NCBI GenBank assembly: GCA_026387265.1
Contig: JAPLLZ010000020.1
Span: forward strand, 5,413 to 69,412
DNA from: Candidatus Omnitrophota bacterium
GTDB taxonomy: Bacteria; Omnitrophota; Gorgyraeia; Gygaellales; Profunditerraquicolaceae
Direction of reading: 5' to 3'
Length of the DNA stretch: 64,000 bases
The first letter of the stretch is position 1. Each line of letters starts with the position of its first letter. The notes under the pieces were generated by a model. That model worked only from the letters and a program-made list of their open reading frames with translations. It had not been told where the DNA came from and made no database searches. Below, piece by piece: positions 38,639 through 50,100 of this stretch. The translations under genes and the position numbers were made by a program.

Positions 38639-39496
38639 ATGGAAATAGCCATATTTCTTCTTATTTTAGGTTCAATAGGCCTGGTAGTTTGGAGCTTGAT
38701 TTCTTCCTCCCAATCCAGCTCGCTTTTGCGTATGCCTCAGGATGGATCAATCGTTAATGTGCCAAAGCCCAAGTTCGATTTTGCGGGTATTTTACCTACC
38801 GGATCATTTTTGCAGAACACTGGAATGGCGGTGAGCATAAAAAAGTCTCTGGATACCGCGCATATCAGCATTTCTCCGGGTGCATTCTTTAATTTAAAGA
38901 TACTTTTGTGTATTCTTTTAGCGGCATTAACGGTAGCGTTTACCGAAAAGGTTGATCCGCTTCTACTAGTAATCTTTATTGCTATTGGTTATGTTATTCC
39001 CGATTTTTATTTAAAACGCAAAATCGCTCAGCGTAAAAATCTGATTGCCCGTAGGCTTCCGGAAACAGTGGATCTTCTGGGTCTGTGTATTGAAGCAGGA
39101 TTGGATTTTGTGAATGCGGTAAAATGGGTTATCGAAAGGACTCCGCATACCCCAATGACTGAAGAGTTAGCTTTTGTGGTTGATGAAATAAAGTGGGGTA
39201 AACCGCGTATCCAGGCTTTAAAAGATATGGCGCGCAGGCTGGAAATATCTGAAATGAGCTCCTTTGTACAGACAATTATCCAGGCTGAGCGTATGGGTAC
39301 GCCGGTGGCTGAAGCATTTGCCATACTTTCGGAAGATGCCCGCGCGCAAAGATTCCACCGCGGGGAAAGAATTGCCCTGCAAGCCCCGATTAAGATACTT
39401 CTGCCGCTTATCTTTTTCATTATGCCGGTAATTGGTATTGTCGTTGGAGGCCCAATCTTGCTTACATTTATGCAAGGTGGCCTTACTGGGTTTTAA
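38639..39496 (+). CDS. tadC: Tad inner-membrane platform protein TadC (T2SSF family)
   Basis: LPETVDLLGLCIEAGLDF, QAERMGTP, KILLPLIFFIMP. Confidence 0.9.
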   Translation: MEIAIFLLILGSIGLVVWSLISSSQSSSLLRMPQDGSIVNVPKPKFDFAGILPTGSFLQNTGMAVSIKKSLDTAHISISPGAFFNLKILLCILLAALTVAFTEKVDPLLLVIFIAIGYVIPDFYLKRKIAQRKNLIARRLPETVDLLGLCIEAGLDFVNAVKWVIERTPHTPMTEELAFVVDEIKWGKPRIQALKDMARRLEISEMSSFVQTIIQAERMGTPVAEAFAILSEDARAQRFHRGERIALQAPIKILLPLIFFIMPVIGIVVGGPILLTFMQGGLTGF

Positions 39497-39543
39497 ATAA
39501 CCTCTCCTTTAGCCTATCCGTTTTAGTGTTCTCAACCCAGATT

Positions 39544-39902
39544 AGTTATAAGTTTTAAGCTGTAAGCTAAAATAATAAACTTAATATTAACGTGACGCAA
39601 TTTTTTAGCAGATGAGGTTGGCAAAAAATCTGATAAAAACTGTTTTTTCTATTTGCCAGCCTTCTTATTTTACAAAGTATCTCCTCTTCGATTATAAAAT
39701 AGACCTAACCTGCCAGTTAATTCATAAATCCAAAAGATCAAAAAATGCTTTTAGAGGCTGGATTTCACCTTTCTGTTATACTTCAAAGTAATGCGGTAGG
39801 CGGCAACTAAAAGGCGCTTGTTTTCATTTTCTCGTACTTGTGTTTGCTTGGAAAAAACAAAGGCTGAAATAAGATTAAGCTTAGAACTTACAGCTTATAA
39901 CT
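39544..39902. repeat. Inverted heptamer arrays (39544-39571 and 39875-39902) enclosing ~300 bp without a recognisable gene
   Basis: agttata-agtttta-agctgta-agctaaa versus ttaagct-tagaact-tacagct-tataact (reverse-complement family). Confidence 0.75.
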
Positions 39903-40106
39903 AAAAAAAGTTTTTTAGGTTAACATGTTAGGTTTCCCTTCTCCTTTACACTCGTGTAAAGGACTGAGCTAAATAAGAACTATAAGGTGCTTATCCCCGT
40001 TCGTTAACACTCGCGGGGACTGCGGTAGATAAAAGATTTAAGGTGTTTGTTTTTGTTAGACTTACCCTTCTTTTACGTCAATTAGAGTAGAAAGGAGGGA
40101 TTTTTA

Positions 40107-40511
40107 TTGATAAACCCTAAACTCGAAACTCTAAATCCTAAACAAACCAAAATTAACCAAACTCAAAACTCAAAGCCGTATGATTTAGGGGATAGAACCC
40201 TGGTTTTTAGTAAAAAGGTATTTAACTATGTAAAACAACTAGTAAAGGTAATAACTAATCTGGAAGTCGCCAAGCAGTTAGTTAGATCAGCTGGTTCTGT
40301 AGGAGCTAATTATCTTGAAGCTGAAGAATCTCTAAGTAGAAAAGATTTCTTAATGAGGATAAAGATAGCCAGAAAAGAAGCCAAGGAGAGTAGATATTGG
40401 CTGGTTCTAAGTGAGCCCCTAAAGGAACAGGAAAAAGTAAGGGAAGAATTAATAGATGAGTCTACTCAGTTGATGAAGATATTCGGTTCTATTGTAAGTA
40501 ATTCTGGGTAA
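40107..40511 (+). CDS. Four helix bundle protein (23S rRNA IVP / TIGR02436-like)
   Basis: QLVRSAGSVGANYLEA, DFLMRIKIARKEAKESRYWL; AAGGAGG SD before TTG. Confidence 0.9.
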   Translation: MINPKLETLNPKQTKINQTQNSKPYDLGDRTLVFSKKVFNYVKQLVKVITNLEVAKQLVRSAGSVGANYLEAEESLSRKDFLMRIKIARKEAKESRYWLVLSEPLKEQEKVREELIDESTQLMKIFGSIVSNSG

Positions 40512-40575
40512 TTTTTAGTTTTGAGTTTAGAATTTTGTGTTTGTTTAGAGTTTAGCGTTTAGGATTTAGAGTTTA
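40111..40575. repeat. Inverted heptamer arrays (TAAACTC-like at ~40111-40174; GAGTTTA-like at ~40513-40575) flanking the four-helix gene
   Basis: taaaccc taaactc gaaactc taaatcc upstream; gagttta gcgttta ggattta gagttta downstream. Confidence 0.8.
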
Positions 40576-40881
40576 AAGTAACGTTTTTTCATCTTTAAAA
40601 TTGTCCATTCTATCCGCCCACATACACATTATTGTCCACTCTGAATGCTGATTTGTCCAAACTGATAAAATAGACCTTAGAGAGCGGAGATTTGGGAATA
40701 ATTTTCTCCAAAGCTGGTTAGATACGGCCTTTTTATGTTTTTATCTTGTCTTGCGATAGCCGTAGCAGGAAGTTTTTCTTGACCATTCTATTCTAATTCT
40801 CGGGATCAACAATGTTTCAACTGTTCAAAAGGCAGGGTTATCTAAAGAAAGAAAGCGTTACCAAAATTTCCGATTTTTTAC

Positions 40882-40910
40882 TTGACAGCGTCTATCTGTG
40901 GTGTTATATT
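40882..40910 (+). promoter_or_regulatory. Strong sigma70 promoter of the giant gene
   Basis: TTGACA-17 nt-TATATT with extended -10 TG. Confidence 0.75.
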
Positions 40911-40917
40911 TGAGTGT

Positions 40918-41008
40918 AAGTTGAAAAGGTAAACTTAGAGTAATCTAAGGACACAAAGCCACGGGTCCTTAAGTCAAAGAAGTTCAAGGATAGCCGGGTT
41001 GCCAGGAC
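40918..41008 (+). ncRNA. c-di-GMP-I (GEMM-I) riboswitch
   Basis: GGTAAAC-hairpin-GGACACAAAGCC...GGATAGCCGGGTTGCC matches the GEMM pattern GGCAAAC...GGACGCAAAGCC...GTAGCGGGGTTACC with a compensatory T-A pair; lies between promoter and ORF. Confidence 0.85.
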
Positions 41009-41014
41009 CGACGG

Positions 41015-41044
41015 GAGTTGGAGTTGACAACTCGATTTTATTTG
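41015..41044 (+). terminator. Possible riboswitch expression-platform hairpin
   Basis: GAGTTG-7 nt-CAACTC followed by T-rich gattttattt. Confidence 0.3.
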
Positions 41045-41175
41045 AGAACTTAATAAGAGATTTTAAAAACGATTTACAATCTGGTGACCTTATGAAAAGA
41101 AGCTTCATTAAAAAAATGAAAAGTCTTGGGGTAAGGGGAAATATTAATTTTTATTTTTTACTATTTAAGTAAAAG

Positions 41176-44100
41176 ATGAATATAAATCCGCAACAGACAG
41201 AAAACAGTATTAAGCAGCCAAAGAAAGAATTCAAGTCAAATTTCAAGGCTTGGATTCGCATGGTTGCTTTTATTCTTGTTGCTGTCTTTTTGCCAGAGCA
41301 GGTTGCTCAGGCTGTGGAATATGACTGGCGGGTAATCTGGAATAAGCCTACTGTTGGTACTATTGCACCAGCATACCTCAAGGATCTCAGTAATATTGAT
41401 TCTGCTTTAGCCATCCGCAACATACTTAAAGATATAGCGAATAAACCAATAAATTCAATCAGGGTTTCGTCCAATCTGACTATTAATCTGGATAAACCCT
41501 TAGAAATGTCCAATCAGAAAATAGATGAGATTACTGAGTGGCTGAAGGGAAAGCCGTGTGGCTCAAAAGCTCTTTATGACTATTTAAATTATGTTGGTAT
41601 TAAGGCCAGTGAGAGCGACATTGCGATTATCGCGCTTGCGGTTGATATACTCAATGATGTAGTTAAGCCGGAAGGCAGGCCGAAAGTTATCAAAAACTCT
41701 CTTTACGCTCTTGAGCAGGCAGCTAAATTTTTCGGAGCAAATCTATATCCGGTAGAGATTAATGCTAATACAGAGTTAAGCAATATCACTCCTTTTGTTG
41801 CTCATTTTAAATATGAGCATTATGTTTTGGTTACTCGTGTAACTGAGGATAAGGTTTATTATACCAAAGAACACAGGGAAGAGTTTTTGCCGAAAGCCAC
41901 ATTTTTGAGCAAGTTCAGCGGTTATGCTTTGACAAATGTATTGCCTCTGGAATCGAAAATATTGAGCCCTGTGGAAAGCAAGCAGATTCTAGGCGCTCGG
42001 GATCCTGATGAACCTACTCCTAATACTACTATGCCAAAACTTCCTGTAGTAACTCTACCATCTTCTAAACACTTTAATTCAACATCAATGCCAACATTGG
42101 GCGATAATATATATTACTCCACGAGTTTTGTGAGGGGGTTGAATGCTGCCACTGCGCCACAAACTCAAGATACACTTTATAAAATGGACGGAGTTAGTTA
42201 TCGCAGGCAAACTATTTTTAATACCCAAAATGGTAGTGTGGCAGGTTATACTTGGCTTCCGATTAACGTAGCAGCCAATACTTCTTATAAGCAGTTAGCT
42301 ATTACTTCCAGTAAATATAATAATGTTCTAATTGTTGTACGAACTCCGGATGTTAAAAATAACGCCGCTCCGTACCTTATTGGAGGTTCATTATTATCTT
42401 CGTTACATGAATATACCGGGACCTCGTATACATCCTCTGAGGGGCTGAGCCAATATGGAACACATATAAGGATTAGTTTGGATAAAGCCTCAGACAATTA
42501 TGGTTTTACCACGGTTTTGAAGCAGGATCCTGCAACGCTTGAATATAACTATGAGGCAGAGGCAGCTGGGCTTAAAGTTAAATATCCTTATGCCAATTCA
42601 GGAGAGATAGGTTCAGATCCGTATGATAGAACGGTTAAAGTTTATGCAAAATATTCTAATACTCCGGGCGGCGGTAGCTATGATTATGATGGGTATGTGA
42701 CCGCTGTATATGCAACTCCTAATCTTGGCCCAGGCGGCATGTTTGCTAATAATATGGATGTGAATTTAGTGGAAAAAAGAAATAATCTTACCTATGCTTT
42801 CTGTGGTAATCTAAGCAACTCCGCGATAGCTGCGCCGATAACCTTTACTTCATCTGGGCAGGATTATGCTTTTGCCGCTTGGGTGAATATGAAACCGCTT
42901 CATCTGCAGGTAGATACGAAGAACTTATTTAACGGTAATTATACTAATGTGGCGATGTGGGATTATCAGAGAATAACCGCCGCAACTAGAATTCAATTTG
43001 GAAAGGAAGTTTTTGATAGCTTGGCAAGCAATAATCCCGGCTCTTCTACGGAAGAAGGGAATCTTGTTTTTCAGGGGTGGAATCCAGGTCGGTCATCCAA
43101 AATTAAAGATATTTACGTAGAAGCGTTTAATGAACATTTTCATACAGCCACTATTTCTACCATCTTAGAAAAAGATGGTTGGATCGTGGGTGTAGATAAA
43201 ATGTATGCTGGTTATGGCGGCAGTATCGGCGATACCTCAAAAACTTACTTTTTCCCCATTCAAGCGTTGAAAACGCAGAGTTTTAATAACTATACGCTTG
43301 CTTCTCTTTGGACGCAAACACCTACTAGCCTAACGATAGAAGCTTTTAATAACGACTATAGGGCCTTTGATAGCTCTAACCCGATTTTATACCCAGGTTA
43401 TAGATCCTACTATGATATAGGTAAAGATGGCAGCTTGAAGTTATGGGGTACGTTTAATGATAAAAATGATGTTGTGTTAGCTTTAAATCATAATGGTACC
43501 TGGGATAATCCGGATGATGATTTTTATGTTTATATTCCTGATTCTTCAAAGATTCTCAATTCTTCAAATAGCAATGGAAGCTATTATGATTTTAACGTAG
43601 GCAGTGGGCTTGTTTTAATAGAGCCGGGGAATAGATATACTGGCACTTCACCAAGGATCGGAGGGACGTTAGGTTCCACAGTTATAGAAAAACCGGCTTC
43701 AGGTTCAGTCTCACCGGAACAGTACAGCTTTTATTCTATAGATTTAGGGATTGATAAGGCAACGGGTAATTTTAATGGGCTTGCTATTAGCCCATATGAT
43801 GCGGATCAAAATGGCAAGATCAGTATTAAAGAATTAAATCAAGCTTATGATATCGTAGTGGGAGATACTCAGAAGCAAGTGGATACAATTAGTAATCTTA
43901 AGGAGACTGATTTCGAGCAGTGGCTTAAGGATACGGGTCACTATGATGAGTATTGTGGTACTATAAACGGTGTTTATGTTGACTATGGACTCGGCGGGGG
44001 GTATAGCAATTTTTATATCCAGATGGAGATAATGGATGAATATGATCAGGCTCAGTTAGATGCTAAAAATAAAGGTTCGCTTTTAGATAATTTTACATAT

Positions 44101-47100
44101 GTAGATCCAACAACTGGTGATAAGGTTACTTTGCAGGATATATCCACTTCGACTAAAACAATGCTTGATAATCCAGATAAAGTGGATCTTCTTGATTTTT
44201 CAAGTAATTTAGTTATGGCATCAATTATTGATCAAAATGCTTTCCCTAAAGCAGAGGGTGTTGCCCAGAATAAAAATGAAGAGGCAATGGGCGTAAATTT
44301 TAAGGCTACGGTTAAAACAGGCATACAGTGGAATGAGAAAGCAAACCGTTATTTATATACTACAGCAGAAGTAGAGTTAAATACTGATCAAGCCAATATA
44401 GCTAAAGGCCCAGACTTTGCGGTTATCAAGGATGGGTGGAAAGGAACATTTAATCTTACTCCCGAAACTCTTTCTTCTCTTCGTGCTGAATATTATGAAA
44501 AGGGATATCGGGATTTGGCAGTTAGTCTGGTAGGTATAAATGCATATGGTACTACTTGGGGCGATATAGGAATTGGTGCTGTAGTTGTGCTTACTACGGT
44601 CGCCGCCGCTGCAGCGACTTTTTATATAGGTGGCGCTGGTGGCGCAGTAGTTGCCGGTGGATGGGCTACCGCAGGAGCCATCGCGGGCATTTTAACAATA
44701 AATGTTGGAGTATCAGTCTTTAATGCTGCTTTAATAAAGAACCATCTAACCGGAGAGAAACTTACTGATGGTGAATTGTTTGTTTCCATAGGTCTAGGGC
44801 TTATTCCAGCGGCTGGTGGGATAGCCGGTAGATTTATAGGCACCGCTGCCATGGCAGGAACATTGGCTAGTGTTGCTAGTAAGACTCTTGTTGTTGGTAG
44901 CAGGATGGCTTTTATTTCTGGGCAGATAACCCAGGCTAGTTCTTATATCTGTAATATGACGCTTGACCCAACAACAAAAAAATTTACAACTCATGGTCCG
45001 AGCGTTCTTGAGGCGGGATTTTCCTTAGCTAGTGGTTATCTTTATGGCGGTGTTGCGGCTTTAGCGCCGGTTACTTCAGTTTCAAGTTTCTTCTTAAGGA
45101 CGGGTTTAAATTTCGCTTTAAACGAAGCTGTTTTACAAGGATCTAGCCTGATTACTACGGGTAATTTTGTCGGATTCAACAGCTGGGATGAAGTAGGCAT
45201 GCACATGCTTATGCTGGGATCTGCCGGGCTTTCCTCAGGAGCTTCCTGGTTATCTGGTTATACAAAACATGTCGGAGAATTAAATAAGCTTGTTGTCTCC
45301 GGGTATGCTATGGCGGAAGGACCGGGGGCGAAGATTATCAATAGTACTTTATTGACAACAATGTTTGGTGGCAGTACTAAAATTTTAACTAACGCTATTG
45401 CTGGCGGCAGGACCTTCCTTCTGATCGGCATGCTTACTGATCCGCTTTTTACCGGAAAAGAAGGCAATCCTACTTGGGAATCAACTTTTGGGCATTATAA
45501 AACCGGTTTGATTTATGGAGGGATATTTGGCATGGCTGAAGCTATACCGGCGTTTAGCAAGATTGGCGCTCAGTCTGCGTTAGCTCAAGGTATAAAATGG
45601 GGTATTGTCGGAGGCGCTACTAATGTCACAAGAGGAGCGATAGATAGCGTTTTATTTACGAAAACTCCGTATACTTGGAGCCAGGCGGGGATTGATTTTG
45701 GGGTAGGATTTATAGAGGGCGGATTATCAGGCTTCGGCGCCACTAAAGCGTTTCCTAAAGCTTTCTTAACCAAGGGGATTGCCCGGTTGGGACTTAACAT
45801 TGCATTAACTTCTCTAGTTTCAGTATCCGGAGGCCTTATAAGCAGCGCTATTACGGGTAATTCATATAGCTGGAAACAACTAGGAGTTGATACGGGAATT
45901 GGTGTTTTAGCCGGATTAACCGCAACAGCCTTACCTAAATATGTATCCTGGGTTAGCAAGTTAGGTAACGCTAAATTTTTTGTAGAACATCCTAAGCTCC
46001 TTCCTTTAACTAAGTTTGGCTTAAATTTAGGAGCAAGCCAGTCTGCGACATTCTTAGCCTATATGGGTACAGGAGCAGTTTTTGAATTAAAAAACAATGG
46101 AGTAAGCGGCATTGATATGGGTAAAGTGGGGGCTGAGGCTGCCAACTATTGGAAGATCTGGGCTCCTTGGGCAAATCCTGCTGAGGATAGTTGGGCCAAT
46201 ACTATAAAATTTGATATCTTTGGTGAAAAAGACGTAAAATTAAAATATTTGACCATCGGAGCTGGATTGTCCAGCTTATTATTTTTAAGTGTGGTTTCGT
46301 CTTCTGCCTTTGCTACTGCTAAAATAAACTCACTTGAAGATCTGCCGAAATTAATTAAGGATAACTACCAGGAGAAGATAGCGTCAAAGACATTGGGTGA
46401 AAAAGTTAAAGCAATAGCAATCTCAAGCGGCAAGATGTTTTTATTTGGTATGGGGCTTGATAGTATAGGCAGGACTTATAACGAAGCCCATAAATACTCC
46501 AAGATTACAAATGAAGCTGAAGATGCTTTGATGGGGGCGATTTTCAATAATTGGGGAGTAGGAGGCTGGACACAAGTTTATAAAGATGAAAATGGCAATC
46601 TTAATCGTAAATTTAATTGGGATGGTATTTTGAATGACCAGAATGGTAATCCTATTAAAAATGAAAATGGCGATTTCCAAAGAACAGGCCTTCTTTCCGG
46701 TATAGAAAATTCTGCCATATCGGGAGTAATATTTGGCCCGCTATTTTATTTCTCTATGCCTTTATTCGAAGTACTTGCTCCTAATCTGCCATTTGGCATA
46801 GGAAAAACCGTTCAATCAATTCAGTCATTTAACTTTGGCATCACCGCCGGGAAAACCGCCAATATGACTTTGTCCACATTACGCGCAGATAGAGTAAAAT
46901 TAGCGTTATCTACCGTGGCAAAGTTCGGCCTGGTAACTATTGTCGGCGGTGTTATTGATGAAGGTATTAGCGAACCGATAGCCGGGGCGATAATGTATGC
47001 GGGGTTAATGCCGCTTGTCGGTGGAAAAATTTCCGGCGCTCAACTAAACTTCTTTACCAGCATGCTTGCCGAAGGAGTATCTCCTTCGCCATTTGAAACG

Positions 47101-50100
47101 ATTGATATAGGCTTACCTGCAGAAAGCAGCCTTCTGCAGAGTATTATTCATTCCAATGGCGAAAATGTTATAAGTATAATTACCCATTTGGAGAATAATC
47201 CGCAATTGTTATCCAGAGAAGCAATAATTGCAGACCTGATGTCTAATAATACGTTTACCTTTAATAAGGATAAAGAAGTAGTAGGTTCTTTTGTAGATGT
47301 GGCGTTAAGCGTTAAGCAGCGTCAGGAAAGCGCCAAGGCAACAGGAGAGAAATGGGATGTTGAAGCAAAACAACTTGGTATGGGCGTTTTACTGCTAAAT
47401 TTAGCAGAAAAGCAGCTTACAAGCCAGTCGTCTAGCGCTATATTGCGCTCTGTGGTCGGAGCTAATTTTGCCGCTGGAAAAACAACCATGGCTCTTATGA
47501 TACAAGATGTGTTGACTAGTAAGTATGGAGATAAGAAAATCCTGTTTGTTACTACTCAGAATCCAGGCGAAATTAGAAAAAATGCTGCTTTTAAGATGAG
47601 AGGCGATAACGAGGTTAATGTTATAGGTGAAAATGCAGAAGGTAAGGTTACTGCGGATGTTAAGGCCGGGCAGATAAACATAACTAGCATTGCTGGTTTT
47701 GAGGCGTTAAAGGAAGAGAAAAAATTAAGCGATGTTTTTGTGATTGGTGATGAACCTCAGGCAGGTATGGCCGCTCCAGCCAGGGTCCATGGAATTATGG
47801 AGATTGTTTGGAAAAACTTGACTCCTGAGGAGCAAATCAAATTTAGCGCTTATAAAAATATTCATGAAACAATCTTTACGTTAGCAAAAGATCAGGCTGA
47901 GCTAGCGAAACAGGCCTCTGTTGAAAATGGTTATTGGCGGCAAATTATTAAACATCAGTTGAATCCTAATGGCGTATTTTCAAGAGATAGGTTTGAATTT
48001 GAACAGGCAACAGAAACAAAGCTTATTACTGCGTTTGAGAATAGGGATAAAAAAGAACTTACGCCTGCCGAAACAGAATTTTTAAAAGGTTTTGGTGATG
48101 ATAAAAAAGGGGATCTTTATCGTGATCACGAAACTCTTTATCGTGAGGCCAAGCAGAAATATGCGCAAAGCCTGCTTAGGGATAATGCTGCGCAATTGAA
48201 GGAATATTTTAATGGGGCAGCGTATGGCTTGGTTACTGGTGAAGAAGGTATGGAGTTTTATGGAATTAAAAAAGATGCCGATGGAAAGATGATACAATAT
48301 TTTACACGTAATACCGAAAACGGAAATGCTTTAGATAGGACTATCTTTAGCGATGGTGAGGTTGATGGGGAAAGGTTAAATGCCCGCGCGGTTATGGTAT
48401 CGGTAAAGCATAATGCTTCTCCTGAGGTGTGGTTAAACTCTTTAATGAGTAAAGCTGAGAATTCTGTCAGCTACTCCGATGCTCTGGGTGCTTCCAAAGG
48501 ATACATCTTGTTAACTGCCAGCCCGGATGGTTTTAAACCCACCTTTGATGCTATTGGTGCAAGGCTTTATAAGTTAGATAGAGATCCAACTTCCTTAATA
48601 TTATCCCAAATGCAGGTTGATGTTAATTCTTCTCCTCGTGCTGATGCTATGGCTAATGAAGCTATCGCCAGAATAAGCGACTCAGAGGGCAAGAGAGTAG
48701 TTGTTCTTACCGGAAATGATCCTGAAAGCTTAAAATTGTCTACAATTATGGTTGAAATTCAGCAGGGAGTTAGAGCTGAGCTTGGCGAACTTACACTTAA
48801 CAAAGAGAATATTACGCAGGCTTGGGAGAAGTTCAAAAAGGGTAAGAATGGCGCAGGAAAGATTAAGGAATGGGGAAAATTAGGTTATTCTATCGATAAG
48901 GTTGAAGGGGTATTTAGCCATCTGCAGCAAGAAGAAGGATCTTTCAGTAAAGATTTATCTGCTGCTAAAATTATGTTTGTTGATGAGGGAGGGGAAGGCG
49001 CATTTACGTTGAATGATATTGGAAATTACATAACGGCTATGCAGAAAGGTGAGGGTATCTCCGAGAGTGATAAATTATTAGTTTTTGTGCGCGGTTTATA
49101 TGATGCTTCAAATGTAGGTAAAAAAGTTGAGGGGGCTGTTACTAATCTTGAGGGGTTAATGATTGTTAGCAATGTTGCGTTAACTACCGATATTGTGCAG
49201 GCCGGTGGAAGATTTAGTATTAAAGGTGTGTCTAAAGAATTGGAGGCAAGAAGGATCGCCGGAGAGCTTAAAGAGTCAATTTCTCTGGATGATCCACGTA
49301 TAACCAATGCTGAAGTCGCTGAGATAGTTAAACAGCAGGGAGAAAGTAAGCGGCAGGCAGCTCTGAGGGTGAATAACAGGCTGTTACTTGAGGCCAATGC
49401 TGAGAATGTAGTGCGTATCGCCGGCACAAATAGTGTTGCTGATAGGTTAGAGACAGCAAGGATTTTAGGGGAGTTTGAGGAGAAGATGGATTGGGTGATT
49501 AAGCCGGTGGTAAATAGCCCTGAAGAAGCAGAGAATATGGCTTTGGTTAATCCGGTGGTAAATAGCCTCGATGAAGTATCCAGAAGTACATTAAATCAGG
49601 ATGAAGATTTAGCGTACGACAATGATAAAGATAATCCGGCATTAACCCCGGAAGGCAAAAAATTTGTTACTGTGGTTAATGAAGTCAATAGTTTTTCAGA
49701 TGACAAACTTAAACAAATCGCTTCGCTTGCTGAGCAGGTAGTAGCCGCCAAAAATAAATTAACGGGAAGACTTGAAGAAATAGCGGCTAACAAAGATATG
49801 CCTGTTCAGGAGCAAGAACAAGGAAGATCTCGGCTGGCTTTTGATATAATCTATAATCTTAAGACTAGCGGGATTCCAATAGACGATTCATTGTTGAAAA
49901 CTTTATTAGAAGTTGCAAATTTGAACTCAGGCATAAACCATATTGGTGACATTAAGATAACTTTACAGGATTTAGTAAGCGGGGTGGTTATAAAGGAACA
50001 ATTCCCAAGAGATTGGGATAATGTTTCCAGCGCCTTGGTCGAAAACGGCTGGGCCACGAAAATAAGCGACGAAATGATCCGTTTAACCATCGATCCTAAG

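Noticed and set aside
40601-40660. DnaA boxes / replication origin
   Set aside because: Only partial matches to TTATCCACA, no dnaA/dnaN context; treated as possible operator sites instead
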